Shown in pieces: positions 11,901 through 24,944 of a stretch of 64,000 bases of DNA. The stretch covers positions 1-64,000 of the forward strand of contig CDMY01000620.1 of assembly GCA_001179505.1 (NCBI GenBank). Reading direction: 5' to 3'. Within the stretch, counting starts at the first letter, position 1, and each line of letters starts with the position of its first letter. Source of the stretch: Vitrella brassicaformis CCMP3155. Its lineage: Eukaryota > Protista > Chromerida. The translations under genes and the position numbers were made by a program. The notes under the pieces are model-generated. The model worked only from the letters and a program-made list of their open reading frames with translations. It searched no databases and was not told the DNA's origin.

Positions 11901-12283
11901 ACTGAAAGACGGTAGATTCGTGTGAAGCTGGCCATAAGGGATAGACACACAGCCATAGCCATAAGCGATAGACATTCAAGTGAGTGATCGATCCGTTTGT
12001 CCGTCATGCATGGACAGACGCACCCATATGCACCCGCAGTCACCGTCAGCTCCCGTGTCTATCGACAAAGTATCTATCGACAAAGCCTACCGACCTATCT
12101 ACTGGGTCTTGCCCGCTGGGCTGACCGCCCGCTACCTCAGGATGGCCACTGCAAACACAGACACAGGCACACCATCGACCAACGCAACCCACACCCCATG
12201 GCTTGGTGCCTGGTCTCTCACCTGTGCACGGCTGACCGCCAGCTACATCCGGTTGGCCGCTGCAAACACACACCGGCACACCC

Positions 12284-12830
12284 TCAGCCAACATTCCATG
12301 CCAACCGATGGATCGGTGCCTGGCCTCTTACCTGCTGTCGAGCCAATATCGTGGAAGGGTAACCTTGGGCGACGCCCGGCCTCATGCTCGCGCCAGAACT
12401 GCTGCTCTCCCCCGCACATCGACAGGAAGCTCGAGAACTCGCTGTCAGCGTACTCCCACACAGCCGTGTCCTCAAAGCCCGCGCGGCGCGTGACGGTGTC
12501 GGCGACCTCTCTCCACTCGACGATCTCGTAGCTCCTGCGGTCGCGGGATGAGCTGTCGGCCGCCTGAACCGCCCACCAGCCGTGCACACGCGTCGACTCG
12601 CCCGTCGGCAGGGCGCTGGTCTTGGGCATGATGAAAACGAGGGACTTGCCGGCATGCGGGCCCTGGTGCACGAGGCCGAAACACAGGATGGCCGCCTGAC
12701 TCAGATCAACACACGGAGGCGGATGCAACGGACCGGCCCGCAGGCGGCGATACAGCTGCATCTGCTGATGGAGCTCGTGCTGCTGCTCCGCCCAAGTCGG
12801 GGTGGGCGTCCTGGTGCTGGAGCCAGACAT
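12284..12830 (-). CDS. Hypothetical protein (probably spliced); function unknown
   Basis: GC3-rich ORF MSGSSTRTPTPTWAEQQHEL...EIVEWREVADTVTRRAGFEDTAVWEY..., with a GTAAGA..TTTGCAG intron near its 3' end. No recognisable domain. Confidence 0.45.
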
Positions 12831-13214
12831 CCTTTCTCTCTCGTCTGCGAGCTTCCCACCTGAGTGCGAGGCTTTTGGCCAGAGTGCCAGATTGGAGGGA
12901 TAGGATATGATGCCATCGAGCGTCAAGCGGGGAATTATTGACAGATAATCTCTATGGACAAGGGTCCGCCACACGCAACACGCAAGTGGCCGTCAGGCGC
13001 ACACACGAACAGGTCTAAGTCACAGTCATGGACACGGTGGCCGGCTGCCCATGCGATGGATCACACCACACGAATGGACGGCTCCCCTGCCTTATCCCGG
13101 TCCGGCCTGGCTCTCCCCGTCTGCCTGTCTCGCCAACTCAACCACCAGCGGACGCGCATCTAACAACGCGCTCGGGCACTACAACCAACATGCTACCACA
13201 TGCACCCAGCCCGT

Positions 13215-14430
13215 CTACTTGTCCTGCATGTGCCGGAAGCCCTTGTCCTTCAGGGTGCGCTGCTCGCGGTCGATGCAGTCCAGGTACTCCTCGTCGTAGT
13301 CGTGCGGCTGGCGGCCGGCCCCGGTCTTGGCCCGCTTCCTGGGATGCGCCTCGGGGTTGCAGAGGTACGACAGCTTGTCGTTGAGCGACTTCGTCATGCG
13401 CCTGGTCAGCCAGTGCTCATCTGTCCACGACAGCGACACAGACAACGCACAACACCACACCAATGGTGATAGATAGAAAGGTGCTGCGTGGCCCTTTTCC
13501 CCACTCACCGATCTCGCGGGCCTTCTTCTCGTGCGTGTTGAGGATGGTGCGGTCTTCCACCTGCTTGACGAACACCTCGTACTTCGGGCTCTTCGGGTCC
13601 TCGTGCCACATCCACAACAACTCACTCGTCAACGCCGGGATGACCTTGTCAGACAAACGCTGTGGCCACACACACACACACACACATACACACCACACAT
13701 CACACCCATGCCCACGATGAGACCCGAACAGCCCGGAGGCCCATCCTCCGCTCGTCTGTCGAGCTGCGTACCTCGATCTCAGCCGTAACCTTGGCGTGCA
13801 CGTCCGTCACGGTCGGGTCCTTCTTGAGGTCCTCCAGGAAGTTGTCGAACGGCTGGTTGAGCCGGTCGCGGATGGCGTTGGACACGACGGTCGCCCAGTC
13901 GATACGCCTGCAGACACCACAGAGACACAACCGACCACATCCTCGCCCGGCAGCGGGCTGTGCGACCTCCCTGCCTGATGATGGGTGGGGTGCTTACGTG
14001 CGATTGTAGCCGTCCTCGGGGAGCTTGCAACGGAAGATCTCGACGCGCTTGCCGTCCGCCTCGTACACCACCTCCATGTGCAACGCGTCCTTGCCGACGA
14101 ACTTGACCAACGCCAGCAGCTCCGACCGCTGCAGACATCCACACACACACACATACAAACACCACCCTACCCACCGTGTGAGAGCATCCCTCTCTCTCCA
14201 TGTCGCACCCCACCTACCTTCAGATGCGCTCTCAGACTGCGCTTCTGGGCTATCGCCTTGAACGCCTCGCCGATGTTCGCAGGCACGTTGACCTTGAGCA
14301 TGGCCACAATCGCCTTCGCCTCTTGTTCGGTCTGCGCCTTAGTCTGACGGTAGGCGGACTGCTTGATCTGCTCCACCGTCGCTTGCGCCATCGGCGGCGC
14401 CGGCTTGGGCGATGACGAGCCCGCTGACAT
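13215..14430 (-). CDS. Five-exon hypothetical protein; function unknown
   Basis: GC3-rich, helical/charged segments (MAQATVEQIKQSAY..., RSELLALVKFVGKD..., RRIDWATVVSNAIRD..., RLSDKVIPALTSELLWMW..., EHWLTRRMTKSLNDK...HMQDK*) are separated by GT..AG, (GT)n-rich introns. Exon phases were not fully checked. Confidence 0.55.
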
Positions 14431-15838
14431 CCTCGCTAAGCAAAACAAACGGGGGAAGATGGCGGGAGGGGAAGTGATGGCTGGATGGGATGGATGGATG
14501 GCTAGATGCCGCGCCTAAAACAACTACTAAGCAGCCGCTGGGACGGCAGGGAGCGGCAGAGGCGGCCTGTGGGGTCTACAAGTCGCTGATGAAGCCGCCA
14601 ATCCCCGAGTCCAATCTGTGTTAGGGTCTGGTGTGTAAAACAGAAATATTCTGACCAATGGCTGAGACGTCCTAAGGATCGAACATGTAAAAGGATCGGG
14701 CAAAATGAGCTATTGTTTGAGGGAAAGTCGTGCTCTGGGATCGCGGGATGAGCTTGCAATGAAAGTGTGACCTTTTGCCAGCATTTTTGCGTGGTGCAAA
14801 AGACTCTGTGTGTACTTTGAGTGAATCCTTCCCCTCCCCTTGAGTTTTCTATCCATCCGATCCTTCCGGCGGCGCCCGCCTTTCCCCTGCTGAGTGCTTC
14901 GGACACCGATACGGCAAGCTGGTCCCTCCTTTCCTTTCCTGCCCGGTTGGCGCTGCTACAGGAGGTAACGCAGTCGCTCCAGAGGACGCTCTGGGGCGGG
15001 TAGACGGTTGCCTGTGGTAAGGTACCCCGAGGGAAGAGAAGGGGAGGCTTCTTGTTGTGCTGCGTTAGATCTCTCACAGGTAAAGCGTGTGTGTAAGCTG
15101 CCATCATCCTCAAGCCCTGTGGTCCTGCCAAACGCCGTGTCTCAAGTGTCTCAAGTGAAGTCCGCCCTCTCCGACGCTCTTATCTAACCTCTCTGTCCCC
15201 TTTCTCCCCTTTCAATTCGCCCCCTGAGGGCATACCTTGCTGTATCGACGCAACCGTCACAGTCGACCACCCAATACCTCGGACCAGCCCTGGTCAGGCA
15301 AACACCGAATCGCTGACGCTCTCTCTCCTCTGAGGGGGGTCAGTTCGTGTACGTGACATTGGACACATTCGTGGCCGTGTTGCTCATCAATCGCTATCAA
15401 ATCAAGTGACATACAGTCGCACGAACCGCTCTCTCTCGTGTCTCGAGTCGGACGTGGTCTCACACCACTCCATTCGTGACATACACACCGCATCCGCACT
15501 CGTGTGCACCCCCTCACTGAAAGGTCCATTCAAACTCTCTGCCTGGGCGGCTCAAACGGCCTGCAGCATCAGCTCTGTTGCATCACGCCTGCCTTCCAAT
15601 CGCCTTTTCCCTACCTGACACGCCCTGTGCCTGCCTTTTCTTTATTTTGGTGTCGTGCACGTCCCAAGTGGCAGTCTTTCTTGCAGACCAAACACTTACG
15701 ATAAATGATGGGGGGGAGGGGGAAGATTGGGACAAACAAAACTTATCGTGTGTAAAAAAACCCTCAAAAGGATGAGAAACCCCACGTGTTTCTCCTCGAT
15801 CCACATGATGCTTTCACGATGAGAAGGCCCGCATAAAC

Positions 15839-16030
15839 ATGGATAGAGCCAAGCAGCGAGTGGCTGCACGAGAGGGAGATTTGCCGCCACCTAGGGAATT
15901 CAAACCAGGAGACAGACTGCGCATCTACAAGAATCGGGTGCCGAAAGGCCTCAGCAAGAAGCTCTCCTCACCATGGCGAACAGTCGGCATTATTGAGACC
16001 AAGACAGGACCAGTCACCTACAAAGTGCGC
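15839..16030 (+). mobile_element. Ty3/Gypsy integrase C-terminal remnant
   Basis: PPPREFKPGDRLRIYKNRVPKGLSKKLSSPWRTVGIIETKTGPVTYKVR is clearly homologous to 29320-29465 (PAPRQFQEGDRVRIYNDQVHKCLSKKLASPWRTVGIVQEKKGPVTYKVR). Confidence 0.8.
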
Positions 16031-16373
16031 TCATGTGTGCGATGGAAGTGTGTGCGGCGTTAACACGTTTGAAAGCTGAAGCAAGCTCGTTTCTCATGGA
16101 CTGGCTCGTCGAGGTCTCACACATCAGTGTAATGATAGTGATTCTGCAATGGGACGGGCCGCTGGATAAGGCATGAACGAACGAATCACTCTGTCATTCT
16201 CGAGTCACACGAGCGTGTGCTTGCATGTCAGTCAAGCAATGAATTGATTCCATTCATACATTCAGTGAATCACTGCATCAGTACAGACAACCCTCCTCGG
16301 TTGCTTCGCTTGGGAGACGGCCGTAATCCTGGCCTGACTGGCCATGAAGTGGCCGGCCATGGGTGTCTCACAT

Positions 16374-16621
16374 CACACATACATATGGTCCACATAGCCG
16401 GCCACCCTATACAGAAACACCCACCCACCTCCCCCGTCGGGTCTTCCGCCGGAAGAGCCGACGGGGGACACGAACTACGCACCCGCCCAGTCGAACACAC
16501 CTATACTACCCATGGAGCGTGGGGACTCCACCGTCGGCTCTTCCGGCGGAAGACCCGACGGGGGAGGTGGGTGGGTGTTTCTGTATGGGGTGGCCGGCTA
16601 TGTGGACCATATGTATGGGTG
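16374..16621. mobile_element. MITE-like element with ~90-bp TIRs (CAC termini)
   Basis: 16374-16465 is the near-perfect reverse complement of 16531-16621. No TSD identified. Confidence 0.7.
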
Positions 16622-19600
16622 AGAAGAACCAGTCACTGAAAGGTTACACAGGCATCCTGGTGTTCTGTTCTCTCGCTCTCTCTCTCTCTCTCTCTCTCGG
16701 CTTGTCACTAGCAGTTGTGTCGCGTGCTCGTGCCTGTCCTCTGTGTTAGCGATTGGGGCCAAGCTTGCAATCCCTTTGGTTCCGTGGGGGCCTCGCGCGA
16801 GGTTGGACACTGTTTATTTCGCGAGCGAAAGCGTAGCGAGTCCCGCCAGCCTCCAAGAGCCCGATGGAGGAGGGAAATTTCATATCGTTGCTGTCAATAG
16901 TTTAGAGGCGGACATGTAAGCGACTGTCCCAGTGCATGGACACACGGACAATCTTACCCTTAACCACCACCACCACGAAATTTCATGTTAAATGTCAATG
17001 GGGGCCTCCATTAAGTGATGATGTGCGGGGGCCCAAGACAAGGGGGGGGAAACGCACCCAAACCCAACACCTCGAGATTCCCTTCCTCCTGTTGCTTTCT
17101 TGGGGTCGTGAAAGAAAAACGAAAAACACTCTATCCCAACAACTTGCTCACTTGCAGGACGTCTTCGCCGGAGGATTTCTGTAACATTGGTTCTTTTTCC
17201 GCGTGAAACAAAGGGATTGTCAGTTCATCGACAATCGGCTATGCAGAAAACAGACCGCCTCAGCACTTTCTGTTGCTCGAGCAGTTTCACAGCTCTAGCT
17301 GTCAATTCTTTCAAGGCTTCCATCCATCCATCGCTACTTCCCCTCTTCCCTCATCTCACTCCGCCAATCGGCCTTGGCCTTCTTCCAGTTGTGCTCCATA
17401 CATCCCAATGACCGTCCGTCCCTCTCTTCCCTTTCCGAGCCGATGTCGGCCGCTGACGGAGCTGCAACACTGATGGGCTGAAGCATCAGGAGTGAGGCCA
17501 GCAGCGACAGCTCTCGGCTGAGGCATCTAGATCACTCAATGAGGTGACCGATGGACGCAGGGGAGGGAACGCCGAGAATAAAAAGGGATCTGCCATTGTG
17601 TGCGCGCGTTCATGCAGGTTGCGAACGGGATGTCGCCGCGCATTGATGCGCCGTCGTTGGGTGTGGCAAATCAAGTCATTGACGGTGAGAGAAAGCGTTG
17701 AGCGGGCAGGGGGGTAGTCACGTGCATCTGCATGTAGGCGCACATGTCAGGCGTGTGGCTATGGCCAGGTTCGTGCAGGGCATGTTCGCCCGCAGCGTGT
17801 GTGCTCCAATGGGGAAGGATGTCAATTTCCGACGAGTGCAGTCGACTGCCTGCCTGAGAGTGCATCCCCATCGATGCTTTTCGTTGTGGTGACCCCATCG
17901 GGCGTCGGTGGCTTCCGACGGCCGACAGTGGCAAGTACGAGCGGTTCACATCGATGATGCCGGGCCAGGATGTCACTCACCCGGCGCGCCAGATGGGTGC
18001 CGTCGTTGGGTGAGCGAATACATGTCTGTTGAGGTGACTGATTGCGACTTCCGCCCATCGTCTGTTCGTGTGTCCAAGTCAGAGGGCGAGCACTTGGCGA
18101 GGAGGGTGCGCGGGATAGACACCGCGATGCAGATGGGGCAGCTGGTCTTTGTTGATATCAGATCGTATGTGTGGGCGGACATGTGCATGACGGACAGCGC
18201 GATTCAAAGCTGATTGTTATCGCCATATTCGCCAATGGCTAGTTTCAGCGAATCCACCGGCTTTCAACAGTGTGTCAGCTCCATGCACTGAGGGATGATG
18301 TCTCTTCGTTGAGGGTGGAGAGTCTCCCCTGGGCGCAAGGGCCAGATCGAAACTGGCACTCAAATCTTGGTTATGGTGGGGGTCATTGCCCGTACAATGT
18401 AACTGTGGAAGAAACGCGAAGATCCTCGGGCACTCGATACATATCATGTCTCTATGTTGTCGTGCAGATGCAAATGCGCATCACTCCACTACACGTAAAA
18501 AATGCGGACTTTCGATTGCGAGATAAGGTTGGGACCATCGAAGAACTCTGTCTCGATCAAAATGTTGCCGCTGTACAAGTTTGCAATGAAACAACCAAAA
18601 AGTGCAAAATCCATGTCGTCATGCCCACCTGAGAGTTTCAGCAGGAATCATCTCTGATTGTTCTGCATTGTAAAGGAGAGGAGACAGGGCTGGGAGCCTA
18701 GATAAATCCTTCACTTCTGTACTACGGACCTGCCGCTTCAATTGTCTGTTCCCACGAGTTGGTAGAGCCCGGAATGACAAACCCAAAATCGAAACACCAC
18801 TCTACAAAGGAGCGAATGGGAGGCATGTCAAAAACCATCCTCAACGTGCTTCCTACCTTCAAGTAGATCGCCGTCAAAGAGAATGTTCTGCTTCATTCGG
18901 AGCGCTTTCTGTGAAGGAGACCAGGCGGACAAATCTGCGCACCTGTCATTGCATCATGAGATGTACCATGCTTTCCCGCGAAGAGAAGCTGATCTCGCGA
19001 GCCACTACCTGGAATGGGAAAGCGCCCCTGACTGCGAGTGAATCCTGTGCCATGCTATCCGTACGCGACAATTGAGAATTGCCTTCGGTATCCGAGCTGC
19101 ATGTCACGAGGAACACATTGTGTATGCAAGCCAAGCCAGTATCAGCCCCACCAGACGTTTCGGATCTCCGATGGTCCCTGGCGACATGAGAGTTTGATTT
19201 ATGCAACAGGCCCGCAAACGTGCTTACCATTCTCCGCAGTGCCAGAGGACCTCACCAGTCTCGGCGTTCTTCATCTTCATCTCATTTCTGTGCACACCAG
19301 AATGAAAGGCAGCTGTCTACCTCCTCTCTCTCCCTTACATTCTGAACCCCTCTCTCGCGGCCTTCGCATGCTTCCATTCTGGAAGGGGGGCTGAAGATGA
19401 CGGGTTCCCCTTCCCCTTCGTTGGTGCCTTGGCAGCCTTCTTGGCGCTTGCGGGATACATGTGGGAGAGGGTGGGGGACGGACCACAAAGCTCGCACGTT
19501 TCAAATTGTTGAGAATGGGAGCGTAAGGATGGTACGTCCGGTCGCGGACGTACGTGCAGCGGAGCACACACACCAGGCAGAGGCGCAGTAGCGCACTCTG

Positions 19601-19747
19601 CCTCCAGCGAGCTTACTAGCTCGCCTTCTTCCGTGTAACGATCTCGTCGGGCTCGCGATTTTTGGAGCTCGTGCCTCGTACTCGCAAACGACGCCGACGA
19701 CAACGCACGAACAGCCACACCTCACCCCTGTAACGGCATCCTTCGGC

Positions 19748-22125
19748 ATGCGGATCGTGTGGCTCCTCGCATTCGTTGCGGCCGTCGGCGGTGTGCCACC
19801 GCCACAACGAAGCCGGCAAGGACACCCCGGGCGCATGCAGCGTCGGGGCAGGCCAACAACATCCAGGATGACCAACGGCAACAGCCAGACTGAGTTTTCC
19901 ACGGTGGATCACGGAGAGCTCATGGCTATGATGCGTTGGCAAGGGATGATGCGTTGGCAAGGGCTGTTCGGGCGCAGGCACTCCTCGCCGAGCCAGAACA
20001 GACCGCCAAAAGCGGGGAGCACCAACGGCACCATCCCGACAGCGGCAAAGAGGAGAGACCCCATGGCGTCGTCGGGGACCCAAGGGGGCGGTGACATACC
20101 TCCCTTCCCTTTTCCACCCACCCCTCGCATGCCGTCCACCCACCCAGCAATCGAGAGAATGAATGCCGCCTTGGCCATCCAAGCCGTAGAGAAACTGCTG
20201 AAGTTGGAGAGGGTGCAAAAGGTCTGGCAGTGGTTCACGAACCAAGCGGCACAGCAGCTGGGAGCCGGCCTGGCGACTTTTGCGAAGGGAGGTGGGACTG
20301 GAGAGACAGGAGGATCGACGAGAACGACGGCCTCCTTCCCCGGCGACGACTGGGAGCCCCACTTCAAAACCCTGGAGGGGATGGAGGGCACTACGGGTCA
20401 GGAGGTGATGGTGTACATGATGTCCAACAACAACAACAACAACAGCCAGCTGGGAGGGAGGGGAACAGCGGGAGGAGTGGTCATGGGCTCAGCTCCGACG
20501 ACAATCTCAGGCACCACTCCGGCAACAGCGGGCCCCTCACCAGCGACGGGCGCCTCATCAAGCCCCGCAGCAGCTGCAGCCGCAGCCGCAGGTATCTCGA
20601 CAACGGGGCCAGCCGTCATCCAGAGCATGGCGCCTCCAACACCCTGGAGCCAACCAGCAGCTGCGGCCGCCGCCACATCCACCCAGCAGCCGCCACAGGG
20701 ACTGATGCCGCCACCAGGACTGATTCCGCCAGCAGGACTGATGCCGCCAGCAGGACTGATGCCGCCAGCGAACACCCAACCGAGGTCAGCACTGGGGATC
20801 ATGCAGGGGATCGCATCCAATGGGGCGTCACACACTCAACCACTATTCGAGAACCAGTCGATGGGCGCCTACCCGAGTGAGGCAGTGCCCACGCCATTCA
20901 CCAGCCTGACCGGAGGCAACCTGGGCGACTCGCAGCCCAAGCCCCCACAGCCAAGTGGCCAGTTTGATATGGGCGCGTGCCAGGCCTTAGCCACCAGTAT
21001 ACAGCAGGCCATGCAGCAGGCCGCGGTCAGTGAGAGCACGTGCTCAACCGAGTAGCGCTCGCCGAGGGGCAATTTGTGTGGGTTCTGGTGTGTGTGGTGG
21101 TGTGCGTGTGTGTGTGTGTGTGTGTGTGCAGGCACCGGTTGTCGATAACAGGAGCGTCTTCAGCCAGCTGATCACCATATCCGACCGCAACGTCCAGTAC
21201 GTGTCAGAGGTGGACAGCATCAAAGCAGACCCTCTCTTTCTCCAGCACCCAGCTCTCGGCCGGCTGGCCGACGTGGTCAAAAGGCTGGAGGAGCAGCTGC
21301 GGTCCCAGGGACAGCTGCTGGAAGGAGACATGCTCGCCTACTACCTAGACGGCTCCATACAGCGCGACCTGTGCGCAGCCCTCGTCATCGAAGTGCGCAA
21401 AGGAGGGGACAAGGACAACACGGTCTTCGGGGCACGGACAGGCAGCCTGCAGCTCACGTATACCGACATGAAGGAAATGGGCCCACTCGACATTCTCCGC
21501 ACCCTGCAAAAGCTCGGCGAGATGTACCACAAAGGGCTCCTGCCAGAGGAGCGCGAGAAAGCGCCGCGCTTCACCACCTTATACACAAAACTCGTCGAGG
21601 GCTCCAACGTCTATGGAGGCCAACACGTAAGTGGGCAAAGGAATGGGAGTAGTGACGAGGGGAAGCGTCCAAGTGACACGTCGTCCATGCGTCGCCTGTG
21701 CCGTGCACAGGTGTGGGCGCCGAGTATGAAGATGGCCATTCAGCGTGCAGCAAAGCTGCAAGGCGGGCCGATGTATCCCATCGTGTTCGACACGGCATTG
21801 GTGGCCGATGTGCGTGCGCGCGTTGAGTGGATCGAGGGCAAGAGTGTCATGTAGCCCCATCCAAGTGGTGCCTCGCAGCCCTGCAATGGGCGGCGCGACC
21901 CCGTCGGCAGCAGCAGCGGCGGCGAGTGGGTCCCCCCAGCACAACGTGCGCGTGCCGAACGGATGTTGCCTCAACTGCGTGAGGGGCCACCGGCTGTCGC
22001 CCGACGACCCGTCAGTGAAGCACGCGTTGAAGGACTGCCCGCGGGATCGCATGCTCAAATGCCCCAACACCAGGTGCGGCGGGGTGCACTCGGCGAGTGA
22101 GTGTCCGCTGAAGGCCAACACGTAG
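19748..22125 (+). CDS. ORF1 (gag-like) of the YR retrotransposon: low-complexity N-terminus, helical core, C-terminal Cys/His zinc-finger-like motifs; apparently spliced
   Basis: In-frame phase-0 intron candidates 21026-21131 (GTCAGT..(GT)n..CAG) and 21627-21710 (GTAAGT..CAG). C-terminal CLNC...H...C and CPNTRCGGVHSASEC lie in another frame after ~21850 (frameshift or unresolved splice). The true start may be M at ~20062. Confidence 0.65.
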
Positions 22126-22449
22126 CAAGCCCGCAGGCATGTAGTTTTCACAGCGAGGGCGCGAAGCCGACTCTCGGATTGTGTTTAGTCGATAGTCAGT
22201 GGAATAGTGTCTGTGCGTGATAGTCATCGCAATCGTGCAAGGCTTGAATGCAGTGCATAGTCGCCTCGTGCGTGACACGAATGCATGGACATGGCATCTA
22301 AACGCTACTGCCGCAACACGCATACAACGTACATCATTCTCCTCCTTCTCTGTGTCGTGTACACACGGAAGAGGACACACAAGCAGACCTGCCGGTAAAT
22401 GTCGAGCTCCCCTTCGGGCACTCACGAACAGCAGCCCGCACGCAAAACA

Positions 22450-23290
22450 CCCACACCGTGGGTGCGGGGCCGTCAGCTGCCACCAGCAAGAGCAGAGACG
22501 TTGGGTTTCCATGAGTCGTTCGTGGCAGCCATAGAGAAGGGAGTGCCGATATCGTTGGTGCCACCGGTGCCCTCGATGGAGCTGAGAAACTATCGGTCAG
22601 TCGAAGCGCACAAGGACAACGTGGCGGCCGAGATCGACAGGCTGATTAGTTAGCGGGCAGCGCTGTGGGTCGTCTCTCGTCTCGGGGCAGTGTCGAAAGC
22701 CGACAAGCCAGACAAAGTGCGGGTGGTGGTGTACCCTCTCGCGCTCAAGAGGCCAAACAGCCGTCTCAAAGCCACCCGTCTCTATACACGCAGAGAAGGA
22801 TACCATCAGGCCAAAGTGGACATGAGAGATGGATGTCTGCACCTACCAGTAGCCCCCAGAAGAAGTCGATCTGTTCGGCTTTAATGTTCGCCGACCACGG
22901 CCAAGTACCATCGCTTCAGATACGTCCCGTCTGGATTGGCGTCGTCGCCTTTCCTCTGCTGTCACCTCATGAGCAGAGTGCGCGAGAAGCTGCTCGAGGT
23001 TGGCGTGAACGTGGCACTCGGGTTCGTGGAGGGAAAGGAAGAGATGCAGAGAGCGGCGAAGTACCTGCGCTTAGCTCAGTCCTGCACAGACACAAAGCAC
23101 AGCGTCGTCCCACCACGAGCGTTGAGCACGGCGCGCTTGCTCCAAGAGGGCGTGGTGACGAAGAAGGTGCAGGAGTGGCAAAAGGGCGAGACAGTGATGG
23201 ACGCCTTCAGACAGGAGGCAGAGAAAGCAGAAACAGAACAGGGATATGCGGAGGTACCGGCCCCGTGTGCTTTGACGTACGTGTGTAAGT
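22450..23290 (+). pseudogene. DIRS-type reverse transcriptase, internally deleted and frameshifted; repeated at ~24125-24600 and ~25980-26192
   Basis: NYRSVEAHKDNVAAEIDRLIS*, VVSRLGAVSKADKPDKVRVV, AKVDMRDG(F/C)LHLPVAPEE and RFRYVPSGLASSPF are present. The expected Y/FxDD is replaced by GFVEG, and there are stops and frameshifts. Confidence 0.75.
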
Positions 23291-24944
23291 AAGGGTATGA
23301 GGAGGACAACCATAGGAGCGGGACCAGGGCGATCGCATGAGCAAGCCAAATCCATGAGCGAGACCAACAAATCGTGCGCCTGAGTAACATGTGCAGAGGG
23401 ACACACACACATCGACAGAAATGGCGATACATCGAGGTCGCCCGACCCATTCCCTGGTACATGTGCAGTCTCTTTGTCCGTTGCAGGCCCCATCCGCTGT
23501 GTCCCGCCCGCCGCGGATCAGGCGATGTAGTCGTTGACGTTGGCACCGCCAGGTCGCCCGATACGTTTGCAGCGGCCCTGCAATGCCCATGCAGCCTCGG
23601 ATTCGACCCCGCAGACGCGGAGCAAGTCGCCCTCGTGGCCAGGAGGGGCTTCCAAACCGGTCTCGCGGACTCGACAGTGAAAGAATACAGTCGAATTGCA
23701 GCGGAAGTGTTCAACAAGTGCCCTCAACTCTTCCCACTTGACTCACCCGAGAAGATCATTTACGCCCTCGCCACAGTGGTGCCAGGCCACGCACACAAGC
23801 TNNNNNNNNNNNNNNNNNNNNNNNNNNNNNNNNNNNNNNNNNNNNNNNNNNNNNNNNNNNNNNNNNNNNNNNNNNNNNNNNNNNNNNNNNNNNNNNNNNN
23901 NNNNNNNNNNNNNNNNNNNNNNNNNNNNNNNNNNNNNNNNNNNNNNNNNNNNNNNNNNNNNNNNNNNNNNNNNNNNNNNNNNNNNNNNNNNNNNNNNNNN
24001 NNNNNNNNNNNNNNNNNNNNNNNNNNNNNNNNNNNNNNNNNNNNNNNNNNNNNNNNNNNNNNNNNNNNNNNNNNNNNNNNNNNNNNNNNNNNNNNNNNNN
24101 NCCCTCGATTAGCGACGCGCTGGAGAAGGATACCATCAGGCCAAAGTGGACATGAGAGAGGGATTTCTGCACCTACCAGTGGCCCCAGAAGAAGTCGATC
24201 TGCTCGGCTTTAAGTTCGCCGACCACGGCCAAGTTCCATCCCTTCAGATACGTCCCGTCTGGATTGGCGTCGTCGCCCTTCCGCTGCTGTCACCTCATGA
24301 GCAGAGTGCGCGAGAAGCTGCTCGACGTTGGCGTGCACGTGGCACTCGGCTTCGTGGAGGGAAAGGAAGAGATGCAGAGAGCGGCGAAGTGCCTGCGCTT
24401 AGCTCAGTCCTACACAGCAGCGTCGTCCCACCACGAGCGTTGAGCACGGCGCGCTTGCTCCAAGAGGGCGTGGTGACGAAGAAGGTGCAGGAGTGGCAAG
24501 AGGGCGAGAGAGTGATGGACGCCTTCAGACAGGAGGCAGAGAAAGCAGAAACAGAACAGGGAAATAAGGGCCCGTGTGCTTTAACGTACGTGTGTAAGTA
24601 AGGGCATGGGGAGGACAACCATAGGAGCGGGACCAGGGCGATCGCATGCGCAAGCCAAATCCATAAGCGAGACCAATAAATCGTGCGCCTGAGTAACATG
24701 TGCAGAGGGACACACACACAGCGACAGAAATGGCGATACATCGAGGTCACCCGAGCCATTCCCTGGTACACGTGCAGTCCCTCTGTCCGTTGCAGGCCCC
24801 CATCCGCTGTGTCCCGCCCGCCGCGAATCAGGCGATGTAGTCGTCGACGTTGGCACCGCCAGGTCGCCCGATACGTTTGCAGCGGCCCTGCAATGCCCAT
24901 GCAGCCTCGGATTCGACCCCGCAGACGCGGAGCAAGTCGCCCTC

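Noticed and set aside
17500-19400. Short ORFs with Cys pairs (possible RING or transposase)
   Set aside because: No complete motif or consistent exon chain.
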